A stretch of 64,000 nt of DNA from contig JAXHLT010000006.1 of NCBI GenBank assembly GCA_034521955.1, positions 65,528 through 129,527 on the forward strand, in the 5' to 3' direction. Shown here one piece after another: positions 63,913-64,000 of the stretch. The translations under genes were made by a program, and so were the position numbers. Position 1 is the stretch's first letter; each line of letters begins with the position of its first letter. The notes beneath the pieces were generated by a model. That model ran no database searches and was not told the DNA's origin. It saw only the letters and a list, made by a program, of their open reading frames with translations. This stretch comes from Halanaerobiales bacterium. Lineage in GTDB: Bacteria > Bacillota > Halanaerobiia > Halanaerobiales > M55B127.

Positions 63913-64000
63913 GTGAAAAGATATATAAAGCAAGCGGTGATAATTTTAATTCTACTTACTGTAATCAGTACCCCTGTTTTAGCTCAACGTCCACCTATGA
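63913..64000 (+). CDS. 5' end of a secreted/exported protein (truncated by window end)
   Basis: GTG start after GGAAGGGA. Encodes VKRYIKQAVIILILLTVISTPVLAQRPP, a signal-peptide-like sequence with a VLA/Q cleavage motif. Confidence 0.3.
   Translation, partial: MKRYIKQAVIILILLTVISTPVLAQRPPM

Overview
Low-GC, AT-rich bacterial chromosome segment. About 66 genes, all but three on the + strand. The content is core housekeeping, not an accessory island. The gene order ywiB-argS-pyrG ... fba ... rho-rpmE-tdk ... prfA-prmC-sua5(ywlC)-ywlE ... upp ... atp operon ... murA ... mreB follows the classic Bacillus/Clostridia-type synteny. The window also carries an LPS/outer-membrane style cluster (two LpxB-like GT19 proteins, MsbA-like exporter, ArnT/ArnC/GtrA-like module, O-antigen-ligase-like protein). 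Together this suggests a diderm, probably halophilic anaerobic Firmicute such as Halanaerobiales; that is inference only and no search was possible. The 5' third holds a cobalamin-riboswitch-controlled late cobalamin / nucleotide-loop operon (cobU-cobQ-cbiB-cobT-cobS-pduX-like-cobD-btuF-like, then cobC). The middle holds feoAB, a thiol/redox-rich stretch (Mrp, cysteine desulfidase-like, CoA-disulfide-reductase/NADH-oxidase-like, rubrerythrin-like, ResA, CcdA, PDO-like, TrxA) and a CHASE2 cyclase. I found no CRISPR array, tRNA, rRNA, transposase, integrase, prophage or recognisable defence system. Two observations stand out. (1) The F1Fo ATP synthase operon has a non-canonical order (atpZ-atpB-atpE'-atpI-atpE-atpF...). 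It carries two c-subunit paralogs: one has a complete Na+-type Q/E-S-T/Y site, and the other is collinear but has lost both the Gln and the essential Glu. (2) Eight genes, including normally essential prfA, are split by small insertions. Seven need a +1 correction and one a +2 correction, mostly at short homopolymer or dinucleotide runs. Consensus insertion error is the most likely cause, but the one-directional bias and one RF2-like UUU-UGA site deserve checking. Nothing here can be called a new multi-gene system with confidence.
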